From contig CAVXWP010000007.1 of the NCBI GenBank assembly GCA_963765495.1, forward strand, positions 32,001 through 96,000: a stretch of DNA of 64,000 nucleotides, written 5' to 3'. The notes beneath the pieces were generated by a model. That model saw nothing but the letters and a program-made list of their open reading frames with translations. It did no database searches and was not told where the DNA came from. Below are positions 9,486-19,855 of the stretch, in pieces (the first letter of the stretch is position 1; each line of letters opens with the position of its first letter). The position numbers and the translations under genes are program-made. Origin of the DNA: Blastocatellia bacterium. Its GTDB lineage: Bacteria; Acidobacteriota; Blastocatellia; UBA7656.

Positions 9486-11213
9486 ATGCCTGACAACGCA
9501 AATCAATCTTCAGACGAAACGGTTTTGATACTGGGAGGGGCGGGTCTGGTCGGTATGCAGGTAGCCCATCAGGTGGCTCGCGATCTGCGCCCTCAGAAAG
9601 TGGTCATCGCCTCGCTCTATCATAAAGAGGTGCGAGAGATAGTCCACGAACTGAGAAAAGAGTTCCACGCCGTCGAGTTTGTAGAGCTTTGGGGCAACCT
9701 CTTTGTCAGAACCGAATTTGCCAGGGAGGACCGGGGCGAGTTGATCGCAAGCCCTGCCAGAAGGCGCGCTATTTACGAAGATTTGCTTGGACCGCTAAAT
9801 GATGCCTACGAGAAATCGATGCTCGTTGCCGCGATACGCCAGCATCGCCCCAACATCCTGATCGACTGCGTCAACACCGCTTCCGGCATCAGCTATCAGG
9901 ATGTTTACACCAACTCAATCGAGGCGCGAAAGGGACTCGACCTTATCGAAGAGTGCGTCAAAGACCGCGACTTCAAACAGATATGGGGCAATCGCAAATC
10001 GCTCGAACGCACCTTCGAAACCCTGCTTGTTGCGCAATCAATCCCACAACTGATCCGGCACACTCAGTTGCTCTATCGCGCTATGGTCGAAGCGGGCACG
10101 CGCATCTATGTCAAAGTAGGCACTACGGGCACGGGCGGCATGGGATTGAACATCCCTTACACTCACGGCGAAGACAAGCCCTCGCCTCAATTGATGTCGA
10201 AGACGGCTGTCGCCTTCGCTCATACGGGGCTGATGTTTTTGATGGCTCGCACACCCGACGGACCTATTGTGAAAGAGGTCAAACCCGGCGCGATGATCGG
10301 TTATAAGAAAGTCACATACCAGTCGCTCAAGAATCGCCGCGACAACTCTTCGGTTCCGATGTATGCGCCACGCTCTCAATCGCTCGACGGAGAGCTTGCG
10401 CTCGCGCTGCCTAAAGAGAGCTTCAATCGTCTGGGCGAGCTTGAGATGGTAGGCGTAGACACGGGCGAGAACGGCTTTTTCGCTCGCGGGGAATTTGAAG
10501 CCGTTACTTCCATCAACCAGATGGAGTTTGTGACCCCCGAAGAGATAGCCCGCAACGTGGTGCTTGAGATCAAGGGCAGCAACACCGGGGTTGATGTGAT
10601 CGCCGCCATCGACAGCGCCATCATGACGCCGAGCTATCGCGCAGGCTACCTGAGAGGTTCGGCCATTGAAGCCATGAGGCGGCTGGAACGCGAGACGGGT
10701 TCTCATTCGATAGCCACGGGCGAGCTTGGGCCGCCGAAGCTTACAAAGCTGCTTTATGAAACCCATCTGTTAAAGCAGAAGTACCACATGCTTCAGGCGG
10801 TCGTCGAACGCGACGCCGAAGAGATTTCACTTGCGCTCTGGCGCTACCTCCAGCGCAATCAGAATCTGCGAAATACAATCATCTCGATAGGCATTCCGAT
10901 ACTCCCGCCCGATGGTGTGCGATTGATTCGCGGGCCTCACATCAGAGTGCCCGAATACGCGGGCGAGCCTAAACTTGATGTCACCGCCCCGGCTATAGAA
11001 CAATGGGCCGAGCGCGGATGGATTGACCTGAGAGCCAAAAACATCGAACGCTGGCAGGACCGTTTCCGGCGAATGCTGCGCTCGGCGCAGATGATTCATC
11101 GCCAGGGCTCGGCCGGGATCACTATGGAAGCCTACCGCAGCGAAGATATAAGAATCGGCGAAGTGGTGGGCTGGATTTTCAACAACGAAGAAGAGGGTTA
11201 CAGGATCAAATGA
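9486..11213 (+). CDS. Uncharacterised Rossmann-fold (SDR-like) NAD(P)-binding protein between pheS and pheT
   Basis: N-terminal [10 protein letters not shown] dinucleotide-binding motif; conserved-looking [20 protein letters not shown]. Overlaps the pheT start (ATGA). Confidence 0.7.
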   Translation: MPDNANQSSDETVLILGGAGLVGMQVAHQVARDLRPQKVVIASLYHKEVREIVHELRKEFHAVEFVELWGNLFVRTEFAREDRGELIASPARRRAIYEDLLGPLNDAYEKSMLVAAIRQHRPNILIDCVNTASGISYQDVYTNSIEARKGLDLIEECVKDRDFKQIWGNRKSLERTFETLLVAQSIPQLIRHTQLLYRAMVEAGTRIYVKVGTTGTGGMGLNIPYTHGEDKPSPQLMSKTAVAFAHTGLMFLMARTPDGPIVKEVKPGAMIGYKKVTYQSLKNRRDNSSVPMYAPRSQSLDGELALALPKESFNRLGELEMVGVDTGENGFFARGEFEAVTSINQMEFVTPEEIARNVVLEIKGSNTGVDVIAAIDSAIMTPSYRAGYLRGSAIEAMRRLERETGSHSIATGELGPPKLTKLLYETHLLKQKYHMLQAVVERDAEEISLALWRYLQRNQNLRNTIISIGIPILPPDGVRLIRGPHIRVPEYAGEPKLDVTAPAIEQWAERGWIDLRAKNIERWQDRFRRMLRSAQMIHRQGSAGITMEAYRSEDIRIGEVVGWIFNNEEEGYRIK

Positions 11214-13258
11214 AGATCAGTTATAACTGGCTGGGTGAGCTTGTCACGCTCACGCTTAATCCGAAGGAACTGGCAGAAAGACTCACGATGGTGGGGCTTG
11301 CGGTCGAATCCGTAGAAAAGTTGGGCGCGGATCATATTCTCGATTTAGACCTGACCTCCAATCGCCCTGACGCGCTTTCGCATCTCGGCATCGCGCGCGA
11401 GGCGGCGCTTGTGTGCGGCACCGATTTGAAGCCTCTCAACTCGGCGATTACGGAAAGCGACGAAGAGAGCAGTGATGTCGCTTCTGTTGAGATACTCGAT
11501 ACGGACCTCTGCCCGCGATACACGGCGCGCATTATCCGGGGAGTCAAGGTAGGGCCTTCTCCGAAGTGGCTTGTCGAGCGTCTTGAATCAATCGGCCAGC
11601 GGTCGGTAAACAATATCGCGGATATAACCAACTATGTGATGTTCGAAATGGGGCAGCCCACGCACGCGTTTGATTTTAATCTGCTGAATGGCCGCCGCAT
11701 CGTCGTGCGCCGCGCTCGCGCGGGCGAACAACTCACTACGCTTGACGGGTTCACTCGCGAGTTGCGGCCTGAGATGCTTGTCATCGCAGATGGTGATCGC
11801 GCGGTTGCGATGGCGGGCATCATGGGCGGCGAAGCGACCGAGATCAGCGCCTCGACTACGGATGTGCTGCTTGAAAGCGCCTACTTCAATCCGAGGTCGG
11901 TCAGACAGACGGCACGCGCTCTGGGGCTCGACACCGAAGCCTCTTACAGATTCGAGCGTGGAGCCGACTTTGAAGCTCAGGCGCGGGCTGCCGATCGCGT
12001 AGCTCAGTTGATAGCCGAGATTGCCGGAGGCCGGATACTAAAAAGCATCATAGACGTTTATCCGGCGAAGATCATGCGCGACCCTGTGGCTTTGCGAGAG
12101 TCGCGCATCAAGCGGCTTACGGGGCTTACGGTTGACATCGGGAAAGCCGCCCACATTTTGCGCGGGCTTGAATTTGAAGTCGAGCTTCTGGCCGACAAAA
12201 AAGAACTGCTTGCGATGCCGCCCTCATTTCGCATAGACATATTCCGCGAGGAAGATCTTGTAGAGGAGGTCGCCCGCCATGTGGGTTACGATCTGATAGA
12301 CGTGACCTTGCCCGCGTGGAGCGGGCAGGGCAGCTATCTGCCCGGGGATGCCAGCCGCCGAAAGGTTCGCCGGGCGCTTGCAGGGCTGGGTTTCGATGAG
12401 GCAATCTCTTTCAGCTTTGTAAATCCCGCGCACGACCGTATCTTCAGCGGCGAAGATAAATCGGCTCTCACGCTCGCAAATCCGATTGACGTGAGCGAAG
12501 ATGAGATGCGAGGCTCCATCATCACGGGACTGGTCGAAGCTTTGCAGGCGAATTTCAATCAGGGCCGCCGCGATGTGAGGCTGTTTGAACTGGGCCGCGT
12601 CTTTCGCGCGACGAAGGAGGGAGAGCGCCCGCTTGAGCGCGAGCGGCTGGCCCTGATTATGTCGGGCGCAATTCAGCCTGATGATTGGCGGGGCGCGCGG
12701 CAGGTCGATTTTTATGATCTGAAAGGCGCGATTGAAACCATTTTAGGAACTCTTAACATATCAGGCTTTACAATTGAGCGAGCCGGTGTAGAATACCTGC
12801 ATCCCGGACAGTCGGCGGTGCTTCAAAGGGACGGCGAGGAAGTAGCGAGGTTTGGCCGCCTGCATCCGCGAGTGGCCGCGCTTTACAAGTTCCGGCAGCC
12901 TGTCTATGTCGCAGAGATCGAGTTAGAGATGCTGCTCGAACTTTCGCCCGATCAGGTCCGCTACAGCGCGTTGCCCCGGCTTCCATCCGCCTCGCGCGAT
13001 GTCTCGGCGCTTGTGTCTGAAACAACCTCGTGGGGCGATATTGAACGGGTCATAGGCGAACTCGGCATCAGCGAAATCGTTTCGGTCAAGCTCTTCGACA
13101 TGTACAGAGGCAAGGGGATGGAAGAGGGCGTTCGCTCGCTTGCCTTCCGCGTGACCTATCGAGGAGTAGGCCGCACGCTCACGGATGAAGATGTTTCCAG
13201 CATGCACGAGCGGGTGACCGAGACGTTGCGAAATCGCTTTGGCGCTCAACTTCGCTAA
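11210..13258 (+). CDS. pheT: Phenylalanine-tRNA ligase beta subunit (short form without the B2 OB domain)
   Basis: [44 protein letters not shown]-terminal FDX-ACB domain; 682 aa. Confidence 0.97.
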   Translation: MKISYNWLGELVTLTLNPKELAERLTMVGLAVESVEKLGADHILDLDLTSNRPDALSHLGIAREAALVCGTDLKPLNSAITESDEESSDVASVEILDTDLCPRYTARIIRGVKVGPSPKWLVERLESIGQRSVNNIADITNYVMFEMGQPTHAFDFNLLNGRRIVVRRARAGEQLTTLDGFTRELRPEMLVIADGDRAVAMAGIMGGEATEISASTTDVLLESAYFNPRSVRQTARALGLDTEASYRFERGADFEAQARAADRVAQLIAEIAGGRILKSIIDVYPAKIMRDPVALRESRIKRLTGLTVDIGKAAHILRGLEFEVELLADKKELLAMPPSFRIDIFREEDLVEEVARHVGYDLIDVTLPAWSGQGSYLPGDASRRKVRRALAGLGFDEAISFSFVNPAHDRIFSGEDKSALTLANPIDVSEDEMRGSIITGLVEALQANFNQGRRDVRLFELGRVFRATKEGERPLERERLALIMSGAIQPDDWRGARQVDFYDLKGAIETILGTLNISGFTIERAGVEYLHPGQSAVLQRDGEEVARFGRLHPRVAALYKFRQPVYVAEIELEMLLELSPDQVRYSALPRLPSASRDVSALVSETTSWGDIERVIGELGISEIVSVKLFDMYRGKGMEEGVRSLAFRVTYRGVGRTLTDEDVSSMHERVTETLRNRFGAQLR

Positions 13259-13262
13259 CGCA

Positions 13263-13349
13263 TTTTTAAGTTTTGAGTTTTAAGTTTTGAGTTTTGAATT
13301 TTTGGATCGGACAACGTGAACTCAAAACTCAAAACTCAAAATTCAGAAC
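13263..13349. repeat. (TTTTGAG)n...(CTCAAAA)n heptamer palindrome
   Basis: TTTTAAG TTTTGAG TTTTAAG TTTTGAG TTTTGAA ... CTCAAAA CTCAAAA CTCAAAA. Confidence 0.9.
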
Positions 13350-13370
13350 TTGATAGAAGGGGAGGATTCG

Positions 13371-13652
13371 GTGAGCGGAATATACGGATTGGAAAAATTC
13401 TCGCACCTGGAAGATAAGATCTACCGCACGATAGAGCAGTTCAAGCGGGAGCGCCAGGAACGCGAATCCCTTGAACGCGAGGTGAACAGCCTGCGGCGCG
13501 AGGTGAGCCAGCTCAGCGACGAAAAAGAGCGACTCGAATTACAGGTCGAGCGTCTGCTGAACGAGCGCGATACGATCAAGCTCAAGGTCGAAGCGATGCT
13601 TGATGCCATCGCCGTGCTCGATCTTGAGTCTCTCGAAGCGACTAAGAAATAA
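13371..13652 (+). CDS. ZapB-like coiled-coil cell division protein
   Basis: LEDKIYRTIEQFKR... heptad coiled coil directly upstream of zapA; GTG start after GGGGAGGA. Confidence 0.72.
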   Translation: MSGIYGLEKFSHLEDKIYRTIEQFKRERQERESLEREVNSLRREVSQLSDEKERLELQVERLLNERDTIKLKVEAMLDAIAVLDLESLEATKK

Positions 13653-13709
13653 CCCCTTTATTAGTGAGTCTGAGTTCCTGAAACTCGGCTGGCCAGAGAG
13701 CGCAAGAGA

Positions 13710-14027
13710 ATGGATAACAATCCGAGCCAATCTCACAGGGTCGTGATCTACAATCAGACCTATAATCTTCGCAGCGATCACGACTCCGAATATATTCAAA
13801 AGCTGGCCGACCATGTTGACCAGCACATGAATAGAATCGCAAGCGCCACGATGACCGTAGACTCGCTGCGCGTAGCTATACTGGCCGCGCTACAGATTGC
13901 AGACGAGTTGTATCAGGCGCGCAACCAGATACAGCAAACCGAAGAAGAGATAGCCGAGCGCAGCAGCAAATACGCCGAACTGCTCGATCAGTTCCTCCGC
14001 CAGGGCGCATCCGAACCCGGCAAATAA
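13710..14027 (+). CDS. zapA: Cell division protein ZapA
   Basis: VVIYNQTYNLRS...YIQKLADHVDQHM..I...DSLRVAILAALQIADEL; follows pheT. Confidence 0.93.
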   Translation: MDNNPSQSHRVVIYNQTYNLRSDHDSEYIQKLADHVDQHMNRIASATMTVDSLRVAILAALQIADELYQARNQIQQTEEEIAERSSKYAELLDQFLRQGASEPGK

Positions 14028-14097
14028 ACTTTGTTTTATTCGGCTCTGACCCCAAATCCATTCAGATTTCCAAAATGCAGGTTGGAGAGTTGTAAAT

Positions 14098-14197
14098 AAC
14101 CAGCCGATGACGCGGATCGGGCGGATCGACGCGGATTAGATCATATAAGTTCAGATCCGCGAAAATCCGTCGCATCCGCGGCCGTCCTGGCCTATTC
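14098..14197. repeat. REP/MITE-like palindrome (GCGGAT family)
   Basis: GACGCGGATCGGGCGGATCGACGCGGATTAGA...AGATCCGCGAAAATCCGTCGCATCCGCGGCCGTCCTGGCCTATT. Relatives at 25821, 39900 and 49419. Confidence 0.8.
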
Positions 14198-14209
14198 CCA
14201 TTGCCCTGT

Positions 14210-17200
14210 TCACGTCCTTTTCATTTCAACTCCGTCTTCGCTTTGCGAGTTCACCGTGCTCGTCTTCCTGCGAAGCGTAAAGAGTGTCTCTCCCGTCGGG
14301 CGTTTGTGCCAGCCGACATCGGCTTCGATCAGACTTGCGCGCGAGCGGATGTTACTCAAACCCCGTCCGGTGAGCGTGGCATTGCTCGACGGGACGAAAC
14401 CACCCCCGTCGTCCTCAAGCTCAAGCAGGAAATCGCCTTCCGGTTCGATTGCGATCCGAAGCCGAACACGCCTCGCGCTTGAATGACGGCAGATGTTGCT
14501 CACCGCTTCCTGCACTATGCGATAGATTTGAATCTGGACAGCCGGGGTGATTTTCAATCTCTCTTCCAGATTATCTTCCGAGGTGAATTCATAATCGAAC
14601 TGTCGCTCGACCGGCAGATGAGCCACCGCGTCTGCGAGCGCCCATTCGAGCGCCGCCGCAAGCCCCACGTTTGCAAGCACGGAAGGGCTCAGGTCTTCGC
14701 ATATACGGCGAATTTCGTTGGAAATGGATTGTATCTCGCCCCGGAACTCTGCCGGGGTGATCTGTTTATGACCGTTTGTGGATTTGCCTGCGGGCAATTC
14801 GTCCGTGAGCAGGAGCAATCGGCGAAGGTCCGCAAGCGTCTGGTCGTGGAGGTCGCGGGCTATGCGGCGGCGTTCGGTTTCGGTCTCCGTAGCCAGTTGC
14901 ATGCGAGTCCGTCCAAGCTGGCTGTTTGCCACGGCGAGCGCGTCGTTTGTTCTGGCAAGCCTTCTATTCTGTCGCGACCCCCACCAGACGGCTATCAGTG
15001 CCAGGGTGAGCAACACCGAAAGCGCCATCGTGGTCCAGGGAAAGGGCGCGCTTGCTACCGTGAATTCGAGCATTAGCGGCTCGCTCGCTACAAGATCGCT
15101 GGTGTAGGCGTGGGCCATGATTTTATAGCGACCGGGGCGCAGATTTTCCACGAGCATTTGGGAGTCGCGCGCGAGCTTTTGCCTTATCAATTTCCCGCTG
15201 GCATCAAGCAGCGAAAACGAATACTGAAACTGCTCGGGAAAGGTCCGACTGCTTGTCGCCGCCACATCAATCGCAAGGCTGTTTTGCGGGTATTCCAGAC
15301 TCAGCCCCTCGCGTATCTCTTCGGGCTGATATACGCGCTTGCCCATCACGCGAGTTATCTTGAGCGGCGGAGCCGCTTGCCCGGGTTCGTATCTCACAAC
15401 GCCCCGGCTCGTGGCTATCCATAATGTCCGGCCGTGCGGCTGACGGGGCGCGGTCAGCACGGCGAACACGTTTTCGGAAGGAAGCCCCTGTTCCCCGTCC
15501 ATCTGCGCGATGACCTGGTTGCCCTGTTTATCAATCAACACGCGAAACAATCCGCCGCCCACCGAGGCGCACCAGAGCGATGCTTTATCATCATCATCAA
15601 GGGCGAGGCTTCTAATGTCGTTCGATTCGATGACGGCGCTCAACTCTCCCGCTTTCAAAGCGTAAAGCCCCCGCGATGTGCCAAGCCACAAATAATCATC
15701 GCTCTTGCCTTCGATTGCCCAGACCGTGTTGCCTTTGAGTTGATCGAAGGCGGGCGCGGGCTGCACCTGTCGGCCGTCGAATAGAAAGAGGCCCGCTTCG
15801 GCAGTGCTTATCCAGAGCCTCGCAGGTCCATCGGCGTGCAGGGCGACTACCCGACGCTCTCTCTCGTCGTCGTCGTCCGGCGGCCATACAAGGGCACGGT
15901 TCGATCCATCTATGCGCTCAAGCCCGTGCCCGAAACTCGCGATATAGGTCACGCCCTGAAAAATGCAAACGGCTCGAACGCTGTCGCCTCCAGAAGCGAC
16001 GGGTGGATTTGATTCGACACGTTCGAAGGCGCGTTTGTCTGTAGCAATGATCGAATCAGCAAGCTCTGAAAGGCGGGTGTTTCGTTTTTCATATGAATGG
16101 TTGGTAACATAGAGTCCCCACGCGGTCCCTACGAGCAGGCGGCCTTCCAGGTCTTCGCCTATCGAATGTATGACCTTATCTTGAAAGGCTTCGACAGGGT
16201 TCCACGGCGAGGAGGGATTGCTCTTAACAAACAGCCCGGAACTGGTGCCGCACCACATGGCCCCGTCTGATGATTGAAACAGGGCGCGAGCGAAATTGCT
16301 TTTCGCAGAGATGCCCGGAAGCTCCACGCGCAGGCCGTGAGGGTCGTACCGGCAGACGCCCCCGTCCGTGCCGAACCAGACTACATCTTCACGGTCAACG
16401 AAGACGGTGTAGACGTGATTCGAGCGCATCCCGCCAGCCGTGTTCTCGAATGTAAAATGTTCGAGCCTGTCGAGTGAGACCGAGTTTTGCTGTCGCCGGT
16501 CTTGCTGATAATAGAAGGCCCCGTCCTCATCCGTGCCTATCCACATACGGCCCGTGGAGTCAAACTTAATCGCCGTGATGGTGCCGGTGTCGGTGCCCAT
16601 CTTTTCAGGGCGGGCAAGGTTGCCGCTTTCAAAGAGGCCGCTGTCTCTGGCCGTCGTCTGGGCGCCAAACCACATTCGCCCGTGCGGATCGACCTCGATT
16701 GCCTCTACGAAAAAGGCGCGCGGGTGGCTCAGGATTTCTTTCACCTCGCCTCGTTCGATTGCGAGCAATCCCCGGCTGCGTGTGCCTGCAATCAGAGTCT
16801 CGCCAATCAAGGCAAGGCTCGTGAGGGGAAGCGGTCGGCCGCCGCCTGAATCAATTCTCAAAAGCGAATGATCTTTTGGCTCGATGGTCTGAACCGCGAG
16901 GGTGCCATCCGCGATTGTCGAGCAATCAAAGATCACGCCTTCGCGGCTTGCCATCACTGCGCGCCCTTCGGCGGGAGTGATGATCGAGGTCACGGCCTTG
17001 CCCGATGTTTCGGGGATCAACTCAAATCGCTCATCGATCAATCGAGCCGCGCCCGAGTCGGTTCCTATCCAGAGCACTCCATCGGGTGCGAACCGAAGCG
17101 CGAGCACGCGATTTGCGGCAGGCCCTTCTGCCGCGATTTTTTGAATGCGGCGACCATCGTAACGCGCAAGCCCGCTGTCGGTCCCAAACCACATCACCCC

Positions 17201-17398
17201 GTCGCGGTCCTCGGCTATGGCTCGCACGTGATTTGAAGGAAGCCCGTGAAAGAGCGTGATCGCGCCCCAGGCGTGCGGGTTGACAGACGGCGCGGGGAGA
17301 GAGTCGCCTTCGGGTTCAGCAAATGAAATCGCCGCCCCGGCGAGCAATAGAAAGAGAGCAAGAAGAAGATAATAACGATGGCGCATGGGTTGTAGCAT
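14210..17398 (-). CDS. Sensor histidine kinase with periplasmic two-component-regulator beta-propeller, Ig-like domain and HisKA_3/HATPase
   Basis: Repeated GLPSN.V.AI.ED..G.MWFGT..GL.RYDG blades, one TM helix, ERRRIARDLHD H-box, EAVSNICRHS, DDGGGF, GRGL. Confidence 0.92.
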   Translation of the reverse strand: MLQPMRHRYYLLLALFLLLAGAAISFAEPEGDSLPAPSVNPHAWGAITLFHGLPSNHVRAIAEDRDGVMWFGTDSGLARYDGRRIQKIAAEGPAANRVLALRFAPDGVLWIGTDSGAARLIDERFELIPETSGKAVTSIITPAEGRAVMASREGVIFDCSTIADGTLAVQTIEPKDHSLLRIDSGGGRPLPLTSLALIGETLIAGTRSRGLLAIERGEVKEILSHPRAFFVEAIEVDPHGRMWFGAQTTARDSGLFESGNLARPEKMGTDTGTITAIKFDSTGRMWIGTDEDGAFYYQQDRRQQNSVSLDRLEHFTFENTAGGMRSNHVYTVFVDREDVVWFGTDGGVCRYDPHGLRVELPGISAKSNFARALFQSSDGAMWCGTSSGLFVKSNPSSPWNPVEAFQDKVIHSIGEDLEGRLLVGTAWGLYVTNHSYEKRNTRLSELADSIIATDKRAFERVESNPPVASGGDSVRAVCIFQGVTYIASFGHGLERIDGSNRALVWPPDDDDERERRVVALHADGPARLWISTAEAGLFLFDGRQVQPAPAFDQLKGNTVWAIEGKSDDYLWLGTSRGLYALKAGELSAVIESNDIRSLALDDDDKASLWCASVGGGLFRVLIDKQGNQVIAQMDGEQGLPSENVFAVLTAPRQPHGRTLWIATSRGVVRYEPGQAAPPLKITRVMGKRVYQPEEIREGLSLEYPQNSLAIDVAATSSRTFPEQFQYSFSLLDASGKLIRQKLARDSQMLVENLRPGRYKIMAHAYTSDLVASEPLMLEFTVASAPFPWTTMALSVLLTLALIAVWWGSRQNRRLARTNDALAVANSQLGRTRMQLATETETERRRIARDLHDQTLADLRRLLLLTDELPAGKSTNGHKQITPAEFRGEIQSISNEIRRICEDLSPSVLANVGLAAALEWALADAVAHLPVERQFDYEFTSEDNLEERLKITPAVQIQIYRIVQEAVSNICRHSSARRVRLRIAIEPEGDFLLELEDDGGGFVPSSNATLTGRGLSNIRSRASLIEADVGWHKRPTGETLFTLRRKTSTVNSQSEDGVEMKRT

Positions 17399-17414
17399 TT
17401 AAATCATGCATCAA

Positions 17415-17538
17415 GTGATGCGTGATGCGTGATGCGTGATGCGTGATTTTCTGGTTGTTGAACCTTTACCAGCCACTTGCTCAACTTCCGGGTCACGTAT
17501 CACGGATCACGCATCACAAATCACAAATCACAAATCAC
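17415..17538. repeat. (GTGATGC)n...(ATCAC)n heptamer palindrome, second copy of the 9365 element
   Basis: Four to five GTGATGC units, the same core as 9365-9471, right arm TCACGTA TCACGGA TCACGCA TCACAAA TCACAAA. Confidence 0.88.
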
Positions 17539-18302
17539 CGTGTTGGCCGAGCCGTTCGTTCCTGCGTGTATCGCGCGCGGTCTCGCTCGATCCAGCTTTC
17601 AAGGTCGTGGGCGGCCTTCTCCAGTTCATCGCTGTTGAGCAGGCCGCGCCGCAATGCTTCAAAGAAGGCCCGCGTTCGCACATTGTATGCGAGCTTGTCG
17701 TATGTTTCGTGCGAGGTGCCTTCCGAGGAGGCCGCAAAGAGTTTTTCATACAGGGTCGCAAGGCGGCTCTCGACTCCACGGAGGCTCAAGCTGCATTTGC
17801 GAGCTATAGCCCAGTTCGAAAGACCGAGGGCGAGGTAATAAAGCGCCTCGGCTTCGAACTCGGTCAGCAGGGGTCGCTTGAAGGAATCCTTAAAAGCCGG
17901 GTCTATCATATCCGCGCCGTCTTCGAGTACGGCGGCGATAAAGCGCAGAAATCGCGTTTCAGGATTGTTCTTATCTATGAATCCGTATGCGGGCGGCGGC
18001 TCGACCGATTTGATGATCTTGCGAATTTCGTTGATGTAAATCTCGTGCGGGAACTGAGTCCAGAAAATAATCCTGGCTCTGGGAAATCCGCGCCAGATGG
18101 CGCGCGCGGCCTTCACCCCCGAGAGCCTGGGCATCTGAATGTCCAGCACGCAAAGCTCGGGGCGATGCTCAAGCGCAAGCTCGATAGTAGCTTCGCCGTC
18201 CGAGGCTTCGATCACCGGCAGGTGTGCGTGAAATTCTCTCTCAAGAAGCTCGCGCAGGTAAGTGCGTTGCGCCACGTTGTCTTCGGCTATCAGAATAGAC
18301 AT
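17535..18302 (-). CDS. NarL/FixJ-type response regulator (REC plus LuxR-type HTH)
   Basis: ILIAEDN, VLDIQMP, LLTEFEAEALYYLALGLSN..IA; cognate to the adjacent HisKA_3 kinase. Confidence 0.9.
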   Translation of the reverse strand: MSILIAEDNVAQRTYLRELLEREFHAHLPVIEASDGEATIELALEHRPELCVLDIQMPRLSGVKAARAIWRGFPRARIIFWTQFPHEIYINEIRKIIKSVEPPPAYGFIDKNNPETRFLRFIAAVLEDGADMIDPAFKDSFKRPLLTEFEAEALYYLALGLSNWAIARKCSLSLRGVESRLATLYEKLFAASSEGTSHETYDKLAYNVRTRAFFEALRRGLLNSDELEKAAHDLESWIERDRARYTQERTARPTR

Positions 18303-18574
18303 ATTCGCTCACTTGTAATCGGGCTTGAGCCTGCAACGATCCGATCAGGTCGATAGGCTCGAATCGGACTTCTTTGATGCTATGCCCGAACGCCGGGTTG
18401 GTCAATGTGGCTACCCACACAACGAAGAAGCGGGATAGCCCGTGCCCGCGCTGTTGCCGCCCTCCTAAACTGCGTCACCGCTTTCGATCAATAATCCGCC
18501 TGATGATTAATCGCGCCAAAATTCGATTCGCATGTACGGCAATTGTAGTGGCAGCCCGGATCGCCCGAAGGGTG

Positions 18575-19855
18575 ATGACCATCATCGCGCGTAAGCGCGA
18601 TCCGGGCAGTGACAAGCCCTGCCACTACAGAGAATCAGAATTCAGAAATATAGTAGCCCTTGCTGTGCTCGTTGCGCTCCTGGTTTTACCTCGCGCCACA
18701 TCGGCCGCCGAGTTTGCCGATGTGGCTATTGAGGCAAAAGACGGGCGCGCTATGGAGTGGTTTTATGAGTCGCTCAGGCGAACCGAAGCGAGAGAATCCA
18801 TCACTCGAATTCTGCATTACGGAGACTCGCACATAGCCGCAGATATTCTGACGGGCGCTCTTAGACAGAGATTTCAGCGAGGCTTCGGAGACGCGGGGCT
18901 CGGATTTGTGCTTGCGGGAAAGCCCTGGCAGTGGTACTGGCGCAAAGGGCTTTCGAGCTATTCGAGCAAAGGCTGGCGCGTAGACGGGCTCTCTCAGGCT
19001 TCGCTTGCCACAGACAACCGGCTGGGACTTGCGGGCGTGAGCCTGAGCGCGTACCGCGCGGGCGAATGGGTTTGCCTGGAAGCTGCGGGCGCAAGATTTG
19101 ACCTCTACCTTATGAAGCAAGCGGGCGGCGGCACGGTTGATGTGCTGCTCGACGGCGCTCTCTATCATCACGGCCTGTCGCTTTTATCAAGCAAACCGGA
19201 ACCTCTCTATCTTGAAGTGGCGGCAGGCTACGACGGCTCTCATACGATAGAGCTTCGCGTAGCCTCGACGGGGTGGGTGCGCATATTCGGAGTGGTTGCC
19301 GAGCGCGACCGGCCGGGCGTCGTCTATGATGCGTTGGGCATCAACGGCGCTCGCGCCGACCGCCCCTTGATGTGGGACCGACGTATCCTCAAAGACAACA
19401 TCGAAAGACGTGACCCCGATCTGATTGTGATCTCGTACGGCTCAAACGAGGTAGGCGATGCGGACCTCGATCTGGCCGAGTACGGCAAATCATTTTCAGC
19501 TCTGCTCACAAGACTGCACACGGCAGCCCCTCGCGCCTCGCTCCTGGTGATCAGCCCGCCCGACCGAGCCACGCGCGCAGGCGCGAGGTGGCAAACCATA
19601 AACCGAATGTCCTTGCTTGTCGAGACTCAGCGGCAGGCGGCATTCCGATCAGGCGCGGCCTTCTGGGACCTGTTTCACGCGATGGGCGGAGCCGGTTCAA
19701 TCGAGCGATGGGCGACCTTGCCAGCGCCGCTCGCCCAGACGGACCGCGTGCACCTTACTGCTACCGGGTATCGACTGGTAGCCGAAAATCTCTACAGGCA
19801 ACTGATGCTCGCTTATCTGTGGACGGTCATCGAAGAGGAGCTGGGCGAAAGATAA
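18575..19855 (+). CDS. Periplasmic SGNH/GDSL acyltransferase or esterase (PatB/Ape-like); start uncertain
   Basis: Blocks LHYGDSH, GINGA, SYGSNE and DRVH after a hydrophobic N-terminal segment. Confidence 0.85.
   Translation: MTIIARKRDPGSDKPCHYRESEFRNIVALAVLVALLVLPRATSAAEFADVAIEAKDGRAMEWFYESLRRTEARESITRILHYGDSHIAADILTGALRQRFQRGFGDAGLGFVLAGKPWQWYWRKGLSSYSSKGWRVDGLSQASLATDNRLGLAGVSLSAYRAGEWVCLEAAGARFDLYLMKQAGGGTVDVLLDGALYHHGLSLLSSKPEPLYLEVAAGYDGSHTIELRVASTGWVRIFGVVAERDRPGVVYDALGINGARADRPLMWDRRILKDNIERRDPDLIVISYGSNEVGDADLDLAEYGKSFSALLTRLHTAAPRASLLVISPPDRATRAGARWQTINRMSLLVETQRQAAFRSGAAFWDLFHAMGGAGSIERWATLPAPLAQTDRVHLTATGYRLVAENLYRQLMLAYLWTVIEEELGER

Noticed and set aside
11210-13258. Short PheT as a pseudogene
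   Set aside because: The frame is intact with all other domains present, and loss of the B2 domain is a known lineage variant.
14028-14200. 6S RNA (ssrS), often found after zapA
   Set aside because: The long hairpin here is a copy of the GCGGAT repeat family also seen at 25821 and 49419, and no 6S-like central bubble is recognisable.
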